Assembly (NCBI RefSeq): GCF_018977255.1 | Contig: NW_024704742.1 | Coordinates: forward strand, 71,302,001-71,366,000 | Length of the DNA: 64,000 nucleotides | Direction: 5' to 3' | From: Callorhinchus milii | Taxonomy: Eukaryota | In this document: positions 26,374-38,866 of the stretch, piece by piece | Position numbering within the stretch: the first letter of the stretch is position 1 | How the letters are laid out: each line of letters opens with the position of its first letter | Translations under genes and position numbers: made by a program | Notes under the pieces: model-generated | Databases searched by the model: none | Told to the model about the DNA's origin: nothing | Seen by the model: only the letters and a program-made list of their open reading frames with translations

Positions 26374-27149
26374 GAATCGGCTTCCAAATTAGCAACCTGC
26401 TATATAATATAACATTCTTCACACAGGGTGGCATGAAATGATTTGTACGCGAGTGTGAGGATCTTGAAATGGATCCATTCTGCAACAGGGAGCCAATGGA
26501 GCCTGGCAAGAACTGGGGTGATGGGGGGGCAGAGTTTAGTAATAATAAGGATGCAAAGTTTTGAATTAATTGGATTTTATGAATGCTGGGAAGACTGGTA
26601 AGGAGGGCATTATTATTTTTCCAGACATTGAAATATGTCTGATTCATACAGACTCTCATTAGTACCTTGTTTATTCCATTGTACTCACCTGAACCTGGGA
26701 GGTCCAGGTATGGATTAAGAACATAGAGGTGCAATGTATATTCCGAAATCAAACAGGTAGTTTGCTGCCAACCACAGACAAATAATTATTGGACAGCCAA
26801 GGTTCAAAAGAAAGGAGAGGACAGGATACATCATGTAGTTAGTAACTAAGCAACGGCAAGCTTGGGGTTTAACATTAAACCTTGCATTTGATGTAGAGCC
26901 TCATTTCATCAAAACACCACAAAAACTTCATACCACAGGTGACTATGAAGACTGCTATACATTATTCCCTGCATTTGGTATATCGCCTATAAACTGTCTC
27001 AACCCACTTCACAGGACAATGTGATAACACACTTCAAGCCATTAAGGGAATGACCAATTTTATTTGGAAGATTGTTGGCTAGGATACAAGAAAAAACTCC
27101 CTTTTCTTTTTGAACAGTGTTTAGGGATCTTTAACATCCAGCTGAACAG

Positions 27150-27700
27150 GCAACAACAACTTGCATTTATATAGTCGCACAGGTTAGCGTCTCGGGGTGC
27201 TGCACTGTGGCGAAGTTGGACAAGGGGGAAGGGGAGGCAACCGTAGGCACAATTGAAGATGTAAGCCTTAAAGAGGGATTTAAAGATAAAGTGGAGGCAA
27301 AGCGGAGGGATAGTGGGTGGGAGTTTGAGTTTGGGGAAGTAATAACTGAAGATACAGCCACCAATAGTGGCACTGAGGGGCAGGGGATGAACAGCAGGCC
27401 TGTGTCCACTGACCGAAGGGAGCAGGCAGAGGAATGGGATACAAGTACCTCAAATAAGTCAGGACATCAAAGGATTTGTAAGTGAGGGTAAGGATGTTGA
27501 AATCGATCCTTTCGGAAATAGGGAGCCATGAAACCAGTGGAGCCTGGCGAAGTTTGGGGTGAATGGTGTGTGGAGTTTGGTGCAGATGTGCAGAGGAGTC
27601 GGAGTTTTGTATGGGTTGTATCTTTTGGATGATGGAATTGGGGAGACCAGCGAGGAATGCAATTGAGAAATCTCACAAGAGAAATCAATAATCAGACTTG
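27150..27700 (-). mobile_element. Old L2 3' fragment
   Basis: Reverse-complement L2 tail ACAACAACTTGCATTTATAT and LHW-like remnants. Confidence 0.7.
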
Positions 27701-29716
27701 CATTTTTGGTATTTGACAAAAATCAACCTCATTTTAATGTCTCATCAGAAGAACAGAGTCTCTGACAATGCAATGCTCCCTCTCCCACACACCACCAGAC
27801 TGCACAAACATGTCAGACAAGACTGTGAGCTCAAAATCCTGATATGGCGCTTGAACGCCATCACACCAGTTCTTCCCCATCTTAAGGTCACGCCTGAAGA
27901 ACTTCCTCTTTGACCATGTTTATGGTCATCTCCCTCCGGCTCGGCGTCGTGCTCCGCTAACTATCAAGCGCTGTGACTGCGTGAGGAGCACTATATAAAT
28001 GCAAGTTATTGTTGCTGCTGAACCCACAATCTTCTGACCCAGGCATCAGCTATTCTGCACCATTATACCTGGGGTCTCCAACCGATTGATCACTCTTAGG
28101 TGGCATCTCGCACGTGCTCAATAAAAGGAGAGGAAGGAGCAATATTTACCGCAGTTTAAACATTAAAGTTTATATTTTTTATTTTGAGATGCATCAAATA
28201 CTTTGTGCATCTGACTTCTTTTTCAATTGGATGGGATGCAATAACAACTCAGTTCTATCACTACTTTCTCTTGTCTTTTTGATCATGCGCGAGAGCACCA
28301 GCTAGAGGTGATCGACTCATTAGGAAACCCTGTCTTAAAAGGTAGTGGCTGCTTATTTTTTTCTAATGTGACCGCCAATTTCTGCACACCAATGCAAATG
28401 ACCATTATTTTCTGGGGTTTTGTTGTACAGGACAAACTCCCTTCTCTTCTCATATAGCAGCATGGGATTGTTGACGTCACAGGCACAGATAGGATCTCAT
28501 TTCCATTGGCTACTTCATTTGCCTACATGTGCAGTCACTACGCTAGACTACAGTCTAAAGCCTAATGATTTTTAAACCAATGCTTTAGACTCGGAAAAGC
28601 ATTTCCGCGTCTAAATGCTTAACTTGGAAGCATTTAGAGGCCTTTTGCCTTTTATAGGTGTATCAAATGTAAGAATTATTATTATAAATAAGATTCTTTG
28701 TGCTGCACATGAAAATCTGTGTATGAATTGAACATAGAAACATAAGAATTGCTAGACAAAAAACACCAATGTCCATCTAGTTTGCCTACTATCATCCTGG
28801 TAGTCGCATTCTACAATTATGGAGATGTTGATAGCACTTAATTCTGTATGGATTAACCTACAACAAAGTGGAAAGCTTTGGGAACCTTAGACCACCCCCC
28901 AGAAACCCCCTCCCCCCAAGCACCTTTCCATCACAACATTAAGCAGATTTTTAAACCATTCCCCGTGTCCTGATCTCAACCTCCGTTTGGCAGCCTGTTT
29001 AAGTCGTTAATTATAACCTTATCACATCGTTGAGACATCTCAAAGTGTTTCACAGAATATACTATGAAGTGGATTCATTGTATATTTTGTGGGCGAAATT
29101 ACCCTCTGGGATCTGTCCTGAAATTGCCCCTTTGCAACTCTAAACCTCGAGTGTCCTCTTGTTCTATTATCTCTGTGCATTCAAAAATATTGTTCAAATT
29201 GTGTTTATTTTCCAATCCTGTTCAGAATGTAATATACCTCTATAAGGTCTCTTCCGAGACATCTCATTTCAACACTGAAGTGCCCCAGCTCGTCTAGTTG
29301 CTGCTCATTTTTGCTCGATTATCTACAAAATAGACAATCACAACAATTTACAGTATATCCCATGAAGCATTGTGAGACATTCCCCCGACTTGAAAGGCGC
29401 TGTATCAAATGTAAAGATTATTTATATTATTGCTCATTCCTCTAACATTGGGCATCAACCTCATTGCTCTCCTCTACCCTGCGTCAAGAGCCTGGGCAGC
29501 CCTATTCCAAAGGGACCAGAACTCCTTTGCCGATCCCAACCCCCAACTCGGTCTAAATCTCTGACTGTCCAGCACCTTTGGACATCCTCCCGACATGAAA
29601 GGCGCTATATAAATGTAATTTTGTATTGTACTCAAGGTGCAGTCTCCAATACTGGCAAAAAAATTATACACCCCGACTTTTGCGTGTGGTAATTTAACCT
29701 CAAGCACTTTGGCAAC

Positions 29717-29930
29717 AAATAAAAACAGAAGTTGCTGGGAACACTCAGCAGATCAGGCAGCATCTATGGAGAGAGGAAAGTGAGTCAACGTTTCAGGTTG
29801 ATGACCTTTCATCAGCTGTTCTAACGTTAACTCACTTTCCTCTCTCCATAGATGCTGCCTGACCCGCTGAGTGTTCCCAGCAACTTCTGTTTTTATTTCA
29901 GATTTCCAGCATCTGAGGTATTTTTGCCTT
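29717..29930. mobile_element. Penelope-like element derived inverted repeat with hammerhead ribozyme core remnant
   Basis: ~76-bp near-perfect inverted arms (29717-29792 / 29823-29898) of the type AAAACAGAAGTTGCTGG...GGCAGCATCT, which I recall from shark Penelope elements. Minus strand 29815-29787 reads CTGATGA-A-AGGT-catca-ACCT-GAAACGTT. Confidence 0.75.
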
Positions 29931-32859
29931 CTGACAATTTGGTAATATCCTGTTTGTGTAGTTTATTGGTGCCACACACTGTTTTGAAACAGTGAGCGAT
30001 GAGGCAGCTTCCGCCTTAGCAAGTTCTACAACAATAATCATACTTCCATTTGATTTAGCACCTTATCAGATAGTTGAGACGTCTCAAAGTGTTTCCCAGA
30101 ATATACTGTAAAGTGGATTGACTGTGTATTTTGCGGGAGAAACGCAGCAGCCAATTGCACACAGCAGTGTCCCACAAATAGTCATGGATTGAGTAGTGAG
30201 ATTTTTTCTATCCCATCCATGCAGCATTATTATTATTAATAAATAATAATCCTGTATGTGTTTCCTATTCTTACTTCATATTCTTACCTTGTATTTATTT
30301 GTATTATCAGCCCACGTGCATACCCTATCAATTTCTTTGCAAGACCTCAGTTGGTTCGCCTCGGAATCAGAATATTGTGGGGAGACTTAATAATAATAAT
30401 TACTTTTGTTAAAAATGCAAGTAATTTGAGCTCAGTCCACGCCACTAACTAATCGGTGGATTGTCAAAAGACGTGAAACTGAGGCTGTTTCCCTTGAACA
30501 TTAAAATATCTCAGTGACACTATTCAAAATGAGAAGGAGTTTCTCCCAGAGCCGGCCCAGACACGATAGGCCGAATGGCCTCCTTCTGTGCTGTATAATT
30601 CTATGATTCTGTATGACCCAATGCTAGACTAGGCGATCAATGCCTTTACCACTGGGCCATCAGCATACACAGCTGAATGCCACTATCCACACACCACTCA
30701 TCTGCTCACTAATTTACCTGCATTGGGATTCAGGTGGTGTAGTGAAGTTGGGCCTGCAATGGTAATATCTTTTTTGACTGCATGCACTCATGCATTATTA
30801 TTAGGCACATTATTTTACTTGAGCAGTGCAATGGGGAGAGATCTGATCCGGAGGAAAAGTGTAGAAAAAGAGACACACACATACACACACACACACAAAC
30901 CAGCAGAGAGAAAGAGGACAGAATCATTTCGCCTGCAAAATATATAGTCAATTCACTTTACAGTATATTCTGTGAAACGCTTTGAGACGTCTCGAAGACG
31001 TGATAAGACGCTGTATCAAATGCAAGGATTATTATTATTATCCCCGTCCTTCCCTAAAACTATGTGTAACCCTATGATCAATGACTAGTACTATCTCCCT
31101 CTTGCTTTCCATTGCAGGTTATAACAAGTTCAACAGAAAGTATGCAGAAGCTGTATTCAAATTATACTCAACAAAATAAGGCAACAAAATGTTAACCGTT
31201 TCCTTAATATTTTACCCACAAAGATATACTGTCAATTAATTTTACAAAAATTCGGTGAAGCGCCTTGAGACGTCTGAATGACGTGATAAGGCATGATATC
31301 AAATGCAAGAATTATTAATATAATCCTTGCGTTTGATATAGCGCATTATCATGTCTTCAAGACGTCTCAAAGCACTTCACAGGATATACGGTAAAGTGAA
31401 TTGACTGTATATTTTGTGGGCGAAACATGGCAGCCAATTGCACGCAGCAGTGTCCCACAAACAGTCGTGGACTGAGTGACCAAATGTTTTTTCAAGGGAT
31501 TACCCCTGGAAAGCAAGCTACCAATCGACTAACAACCGGGTTTCTACTTACTGCTAGGTAAACAGAGGTGCATGGAGTAAGGAAACTTGTCCAACGTTTC
31601 ACACACTAACGTGCATATACACTCACACATACTCTCTCTCTCACACACACATACAATCACTCTCTCACACTCACATACACACAGACCAGTAAGTGGGCCT
31701 GGTTTTGTACACACATTCTCACTCTCTTTCTCATTATTATTTAATCTAACGTTGTTCATGTTTTTGCTCATGAGAAGACAATACATTTTTTAAAATAATG
31801 ACCATAAAAATTTCCCGGGGGTGGGGCATGGTCGATGTTGCTTTTTAAATCCTCAGACAAACTTATCACACCCAATAAAGAAAGAATACAATACAATGAA
31901 GGCTGAAGCTACAACAACAACATTCATTTACACTCAGAGAGTTTCTGTGGCTGTTTGTGAGAGAGATATTGCTGCGTGCAAATTGGCTGCCTGTTCGGCT
32001 ACAAATATACACACATTCCAGTATATTCAGGGAAACGTTCTAAGACGTCCTCCCGAAATGAAAGGTGGTATATCAAACATAAGAATTAATAATGCCTTTC
32101 ATGTTGGAGAAGGGAATGCTTTGGGGAAGTTGGATGGGTGGAGGGATACTCATGTGCAATACAGTCTATGTAATTTTATGAAAATATCTCAAAAGTGCTC
32201 AAAAAGCTACAATTTGTTGCTTAGCAATAGCACCTGGCCCCAAGTGTCTCAAAATCATAGTCTCTAGACATTCACTGTGCAGAATTTTTGCAAAACTCTT
32301 TCTAAATTCAATCGTAGTTTGAAGCCAGTTTCTTAAGTAATAATAATTACGTCCTCCCGACATGAAAAGCGCTATATCAAATGCAAGGATTAATAATAAA
32401 CCTTGAATTTGTTATCACACTCTCGAGATATCTCAAAGCACTTGGCAAATGGAATGACTGTATTTTGCAGAAGTAATACAGTAAAGAGGGCCTCCCAAAT
32501 TAATTTTCCACCATTCCACACAACAGTAAAAATTTAAGACAAAGCTCCGATACTCTTTTTCCAGTAGCATCACAAGATCTTTTAATATCCGCCCAAAGAC
32601 CAGGCAGATGGAAGGGAGCTGGATTTTAACACCTCCGATAATGCGGCACTTCTGTGCTGAGCATCAGCTTGGACTATGGACTCATAAAGTTGTAGTACCG
32701 GAACTTGCTTGTGAAACTGAACAGCAATATATCTGTAACACCTTGCATCTGCTGCAGCGCCCACAGCATTGAAATGTCCTAAACCTCTTCACAGGGAATT
32801 GCCGTATTGGTTTTATTGACTGTATTTGTAGAGAAACACGGTAACCAGTCTGTATAATA

Positions 32860-34500
32860 GTCTATCGGCAGATCTGGCTGGACCCTTAACAAATCTTACC
32901 GCTCCGCCCTTGGCTCCACTAAATCGTTCTTCTACTCCAAGATAATCTTGGAGGCCAAGGACGACCCCTGGCTCCTCTTCTCTCTCACCAACCGGCTACT
33001 CCGCCCACCCTCTCACACCTCGCCCATCCTCTCCTCCAATGCCAACTGCGAGGAGAAGTTGAGGGGATCCGCTCAGCTCCTCTGCCCTTCCGACCACTAC
33101 TAATCCCTCCAGATCTTCCCCTCACACCCTGGCCCCTACCCATCCCTCCCTCCACACTTTCGAACCTGCTCCCCCTCCTTATTCACAACCACCCTAACCC
33201 ACATGAAACTGACCTGCCCCTTCAAACCCATCCATAGCCATCTCCTTACCTCCCAGCTCCACCTCCTTGCCCTTCTACTCACAGATGTCATAAACGTCTC
33301 CCTGTGCACTGGCACCATTCCCACACATTTAAAAACGTCATCACTCCTATCCTTAAAAAACCTTCCCTAAACCTTGAAACGAGTCGTCGTTTCCCTGCTT
33401 CACTCCTTCCTCTCCCACCACTCCCTTCACGAACCTCTCCAATCAGGTAAAAAACCTTTGGACAAAGTATCAAATCACTGTTTGTCCATCTGTGACCAGG
33501 GATCCCTCTGCCTCCTCGTCCTCCCTGACTTCTCTGTTGCCTCTGATACCAATGACCCTCTATTTTCTTCTACCGCCTCTCCCTTCACCTTGACTTTCCT
33601 GGTTCTGTCCTTGAGTGGTTCAGATCCTACCTCTTACACCATCTCAACTTCATCTCCACAAACGGCTTCTCCTCTAGCCCCCGCACCATCTCATGTGGGG
33701 TTCCTCAGGGCTCTGTCCTTTTCAATATCTATATGCTCCCTCTTGGTGACATTTGTGCGCAATTGGTTGCCACGATTCACCGACAAAATGTACAATCAAT
33801 CAATCCTCTTTACAGTATATCCTGTGAAGCGCTTTGAAATTTCTCAAAGACGTGATAAGGCGCTATGTCAAATGCAAGGATTATTATCATCATCTGCAGA
33901 CATGGGGTCAATTTCTACATGTATGCAGATGACACCTAACTCTATCTCTCTGCCTCCACCCTTGACTCCAGAACCACTGCTGTCCTGACAGAATGTCTGT
34001 CAGACATCAAGTCCTGGATGAGAGATAACTTTCTTCAGTTGAATGTCAACAAGACCGAGGCTCTCCTGATTGGATCCGGTCAGCGCCTCCTCACCTCAGA
34101 CATTGGCAGCATCACCATCCAAGGTTGCACACTATAGCTCACTAAGCCAGTCCAGAACCTTGGGGTCTTGTTCGACCCTCAACTATGCTTTCTACCCCAC
34201 ATCCATGCCATGACCCTCTCTGCCTGGCCCCACCTCCGCTACATCGCTTGGTTCCGCCACTGTTTACACCGCAGGCCGCCGAGACCCTCATACACACATT
34301 TATAACATCCAGGCTCAACTGTGCAAACTCCCTGCTTGACGGCCTCCCCCACTCATCATCCAGAACTCTGCAGCTCGTGTGTCCCCCGCACCAGGCTCCG
34401 CGACCTTATCACCTCCATTCTCACCCAACTCCTCTGGCGTCCCAACACAGTTAAGATCTTTGTCTTCATCTTCAGCCCAGCTCATCAACAAAATTACATT
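32860..34500 (+). mobile_element. L2 LINE degenerate RT region with a SINE insertion at ~33750-33890
   Basis: SLCLLVLxD, GVPQGSVL, FYMYADDT, DIKSWMRDNFLQLNVNKTE, AAETLIHTFITSRL. Confidence 0.9.
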
Positions 34501-35265
34501 TGTAAAGCACCTTCCACGTCAGGAGGACATCCCAAAGCGCGTCCCAAACTCAGTCAGGAACTCTCTCGCCTTTGAATCAGAAGGTCGTGGGCCCAAGCCC
34601 AACGTTTGATCTTTGAGCTGACAGTCTCGGCTGACAATCCAATGTAGTGCTAGGAAGTGTTACATTGTTAGAGATGCTATCTTGTTCAGCTGGATGTTAA
34701 GATAAAGTGACACGATTTGGAAATAGTTTCTCCCAGTGTCCTGGTCAACAATCTACCAGGTCATTTACTTCTTAGCTGTTTTGGGGATATTGCTGTGTGC
34801 AGATTTGCTGCTGTGTTCTTCTACAAATACACAGTCCACTACACTCAACAGTAAATCCTGTGAAGCGCTTTGAGATATTTTGACAATGTGATAAGGTGCT
34901 ATACCAACTCGGGTGCAAAGCCAGTGCCTTGGGACGTCCTCCTGATGTGAAAGGCGCCATATAAATTAAATAATAATAATTTGGTCACTCAAATGTTTTT
35001 GGGACAATGCTGTGCGCAATTGGCTGCCACATTCCACGCACAAAACATAGTCAATTGACTTTACAGTATATAATAATAATCCTTGCATTTGATATAGCAT
35101 AGCACCTTATCGTGTCGTTGAGGCGTCTTAAAGCGCATCACAGGATATTCTGTAAAATGGATTGACTGTAAATGTTGTGTTTTGTAAAGCGCTTTGAGAC
35201 GTCTCAACGATGTGATAAGGCGCTATATCAAATTCAAGGATTATTATTGTTATAAACAAGTAACC

Positions 35266-35586
35266 TAGCTCAGTGGTTAGAGCACTTTGCAAGCGAGATA
35301 CCTGAGTTCAATTCCAGGCACAGGGCGAAACCTTGGGCAAGTTTCCTTACTCCACACAGAGCCTAATAATAATCCCTCCAAAACCAAAAACAATAATAAA
35401 TTGGTCATTTTCAATCTACGACTGTTTGTGGGACATTGCTGTGCGCAATCGGCCGCCGCGTTCGCCCACAGTCAACTCACTTTACAGTGTGTTCCGTGAA
35501 GCGCTTTGGGACGTCCTCCCGACGTGAAAAAGCGCTATATCAAATGCAAGGATTATTATTATTATTATATTATTATTATTATATTA
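35266..35586 (+). mobile_element. SINE family A, young internally shortened subfamily
   Basis: Near-identical to 51448-51749 and, in part, to the reverse complement of 38680-38866; long (TTA)n tail. Confidence 0.9.
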
Positions 35587-35685
35587 AAATCGCTCAGTAC
35601 GCGAGGATGATCAGGACTTTTAGCTCCATCAGGAAAACGTGTAGCATTCAGCACAGGGGGGTGTGCAAGAGAAACAGCCACTTAC

Positions 35686-35788
35686 CACTGTAGGAGATGG
35701 TTATCCTGGGAAGCGAATCCGAGGTGAAGCCCAGAGCGCAAAATAAACTCAAAACACCAACGAATGTGATCACGGCTCCGACTTTCAT
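35686..35788 (-). CDS. SEMA4F: Class-4 semaphorin, first coding exon (signal peptide and start of Sema region), probably SEMA4F
   Basis: Minus strand reads GCCACC-ATG (perfect Kozak), then MKVGAVITFVGVLSLFCALGFTSDSLPRITISYS plus 1 nt, then a GTAAGT donor at 35685. A hydrophobic signal peptide followed by a PRxT motif and a phase-1 intron is typical of SEMA4 first exons. It lies in a CpG island head-to-head with M1AP, as SEMA4F does in human. The paralog assignment rests mainly on synteny. Confidence 0.75.
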
Positions 35789-36173
35789 GGTGGCAAAAAA
35801 AAAAAAATTTTTTTTTTAAAAAACGTTTCTCAAACACGAAAGCAAAATCGTGTGTCCCCCCGAAAAAAAAACAAAAAACACCTCGAGGAGAGGAGAGAGA
35901 GAGAGGGGGAAAAAAAAGGCTTCCGAAAAAAATGTGGGGTGTTTTTTTAAAAGCAAAACTTTACAGTGTGTTTTTTTTTGGCAAATTTGATTTCTGTCGA
36001 GAACCAATCGACCAGGAAAAGGGGGGGAGAGAAAAAAAAGGTAATAAGAGAGATCCAGTGAAGAGGTTCACTCCTTCCTCTCACGTATCGCCGACTGAGT
36101 TCGAGGTCCCCCACCAACAACGCGTTGAAAGTCGCCTGAAACTTGTCAAGATGTCAGAGAACGTGCCCGAGCC

Positions 36174-36412
36174 GCGGCCGTAACGAACCCCCCGGGGCTC
36201 TGGGTGCCGGGTGGTCGCGGCCGTAACGAACCCCCCGGGGCTCTGGGTGCCGGGTGGTCGCGGCCGTAACGAACCCCCCGGGGCTCTGGGTGCCGGGTGG
36301 TCGCGGCCGTAACGAACCCCCCGGGGCTCTGGGTGCCGGGTGGTCGCGGCCGTAACGAACCCCCCGGGGCTCCGGTTGCCGGGTGGCCGCGGGTCCGCAA
36401 CGAACCCCCTCG
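36174..36412. repeat. 43-bp GC-rich minisatellite (4 perfect units, 1 diverged, 1 partial)
   Basis: Unit GCGGCCGTAACGAACCCCCCGGGGCTCTGGGTGCCGGGTGGTC starts at 36174, 36217, 36260, 36303 and 36346. Confidence 0.95.
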
Positions 36413-36765
36413 AGGCTGCAGCACCGTCCGGGGCTCACAGCAAAGGTCGGGTCGGGGGGAGGTTCGGCGGCTCTCACGTTTGTCGCCCAAACACTCGCCT
36501 CAAAAGTAGCGCAGTGCTCACTCAGCGCGTCGGTCAGCACCGGGGCCGTCCGGTTCAGGTGAGCGCTTTTTTACAACTGTGCGGAGAAAAGGTCTTTTTT
36601 TTAAAAAAAAAAGGGGCGGAAAACAGGTTTCGATTTAAATATTAAAATGACGCGCGCGGCCCCCAGTGACTTGAGCGCAGAAGAGCAACAAAGCCCAATC
36701 GGGCGTGAAACCCGCCCAATCCGGTAACCTTTGCCATTATATTATTATTATTATTATTATTGCTG

Positions 36766-37165
36766 GTATGGTTTGGAGCGGTAAAGCGCTGAAATGATTC
36801 GCAGGCGAGTCAAGCCAACCAGACCCGGGTTCGATTTCCCGGGGCCGGAGGAAACCTCGGGCACGTGTGCGCACCCCCACCCACCTCGGCGTACCTGGCA
36901 GTAAGCAGGAACCCGGTTGTCTAGTCGATGAGCGGATCACTTTCCGCAGATAATAATCTCTTTTTTAAAAAAATAATCATCGCGATTTGGTCGCTCGGTC
37001 CACCCTGTGTGTGTGTGTGTGTGTGTGTGGGACGCTGCTGTGCGCAATTGGCTGCCGCGTTTCGCCCACAAATATACAGTCACTTTACAGTATGTGCTGT
37101 GAAGCACTTTGAGACGTCTCAACCCCGCGATAAGGCGCTATGTCAAATCCAACCATTATTATTTT
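36766..37165 (+). mobile_element. SINE family A copy with a GC/CpG-rich divergent head at the CpG island edge
   Basis: GGTTCGATTTCC B-box, GAAACCTCGGGCA, GCAGTAAGCAGGAACCCGGTTG, standard tail. Confidence 0.75.
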
Positions 37166-37309
37166 TTATTAGTACGTGTTCCATTGGTGTCAGCCTGTCT
37201 CAGTGGATAACACTCCCACATCTGAGTCAGTAGATTGTGGGTTCAAGTCTCCACGAGGGGACTTGGAATTACATAGTCTAAGTTGAAGCTCCAATGCAGT
37301 GTTACGACA

Positions 37310-38495
37310 CACCATCCTCCTCCGTCACGCCATCCTCCTCCACCGCCTCTCCTCCCTCCCTCATCCACCTTAGTGGGATCGCACTATCCTGGTTCGAGAC
37401 CTACCTATCAAACCACCTTCACTTTATCTCTTCAAGCAGTTTCTCCTCCCGCCCCTCCCGTTCACCTGTGGTGTACCCTAATGCTCCATCCGTGGCCCCC
37501 ACCTCTTCCTCATCTATATGCTCCCTCTTGGCAATGTCATCCACAGATATCGGGTAAACTTCCACATGTGTGGAGATGACACACAAATCTACTTCTCCTC
37601 CTCCAGATGCGACTCCAGGTCCATCAATATTCTCTTGGCTTGTCTGGCGGACATCAGGGCTTGGATGAGAGAAAACTTCCTGCAACTAAATGTTGACAAG
37701 ACGGAAGCCATACTCATTGGCTACCATCAACATCTTCTATCCTGCAGATCTGACCTCCTCAACCTTCCCGGCCTATCCCGCAGACTTACCGAACCGGTGC
37801 ACAATCTTGCATCAGGTTCGACCCACAGCTGTTCTTCCTTCCCCACATCCAGTCCCTGACCAGGACCACCTTCCTCCACTTCCGCCACATTGCCCACCTC
37901 CAACCATGCCTCCAGAGGCAGCCAAAACTCTTGTCAAATCGTTTGTCACCTTGTCACCTCCCAACTCGACTTTTCAAGTGCTTCTTTGCCGGTCTCCCCA
38001 GTTCCACCATGCACAGGATCCAACTGATCCAAAACACAGCCGTCCGTACTAAACTCTGTACCCCCATCACCAGTTCTAGCCAGGCTCCACTGGCTCCCCA
38101 CTGCCGAACACATCGATTTCAAGTTCCTCACACTCATTTTCAAATCCCTTCATGCTCTGGCAACTCCCTCCCTCTCTGACCTGCTTACCCCCCCCCCAAC
38201 CCATAACCTGCTGCCTCAGCTCGACTGTCTCTGGCCTTCTGCATGTCTCCCGTGCCCTCTGTTCCACCATTGGTGGCCGTGCTTTCAGCCACTATGTCCC
38301 AAAACTCTGGAACACTCTTCCTCTATCTCTCCACCTTGCCCCTTCCTTCCCCACTTTCAGGTCACGCCTGAAGACCTTCCTCTTCGACCATGCCTACGGT
38401 CATCTCAGCCTCCCCCCAGCTCAGTGTCATGCTCCGCAACTGTCATGTACTCTGGGACACTACCCTGCGTGAGGGGCGCAAGTTGTTGTTGTTGA
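37310..38495 (+). mobile_element. L2 LINE 3' ~1.2 kb
   Basis: FHMCGDDTQIY...CLADIRAWMRENFLQLNVDKTE; GGRAFSHYVPKLWNTLP; (TTG)n tail. Confidence 0.9.
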
Positions 38496-38679
38496 CGAAG
38501 GATTTGAAAGTTATTCCAGTGTAACATGCCATTGATCACAATGCAGGCACAATGTACATAAACACACACTGCAAGAGGTCACATCTATACTAGATAGTTT
38601 CATTTTATGTCTAGAAAACATCTGTTCTTAGACATTAATGGAGAATAAACATGCTGGGGAAGTACTTTCTATTTGCCCA

Positions 38680-38866
38680 ATAATAATAATATAATAATAA
38701 TAATAATCCTTGCATTTGATATAGCGCTTTTCACGTCAGGAGGAAGTCCCAAAGCGCTTCACAGAATATACTGTAAAGTGAATTGACTGTATATTTGTGG
38801 GCGAACGCGGCAGCCAATTGCGCACAGCAATGTCCCACAAACAGTCGTAGATTGAAAATGACCAAT
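38680..38866 (-). mobile_element. SINE family A, young subfamily, 5'-truncated
   Basis: Reverse complement of TTGGTCATTTTCAATCTACGACTG...GGATTATTATT. Confidence 0.85.

Larger units (their letters stand above)
35590..36960. promoter_or_regulatory. CpG island / promoter of the semaphorin gene (possibly bidirectional)
   Basis: High CpG density against a CpG-depleted background, GGGGCGG box near 36613, two GCCCAATC boxes (near 36693 and 36714), and it contains semaphorin exon 1. A plus-strand donor-like CAG|GTGAGC occurs at 36556-36564. Confidence 0.8.

Noticed and set aside
26689..26765. Minus-strand exon candidate with a strong CAG|GTGAGT donor
   Set aside because: Stop codon in the required frame and no semaphorin similarity; probably a cryptic site.
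36174..36412. CRISPR-like array
   Set aside because: Units are contiguous with no unique spacers, and the context is eukaryotic.
36146..36645. Repetitive ORFs on both strands
   Set aside because: Translations of the 43-bp VNTR; the unit length is not a multiple of 3.
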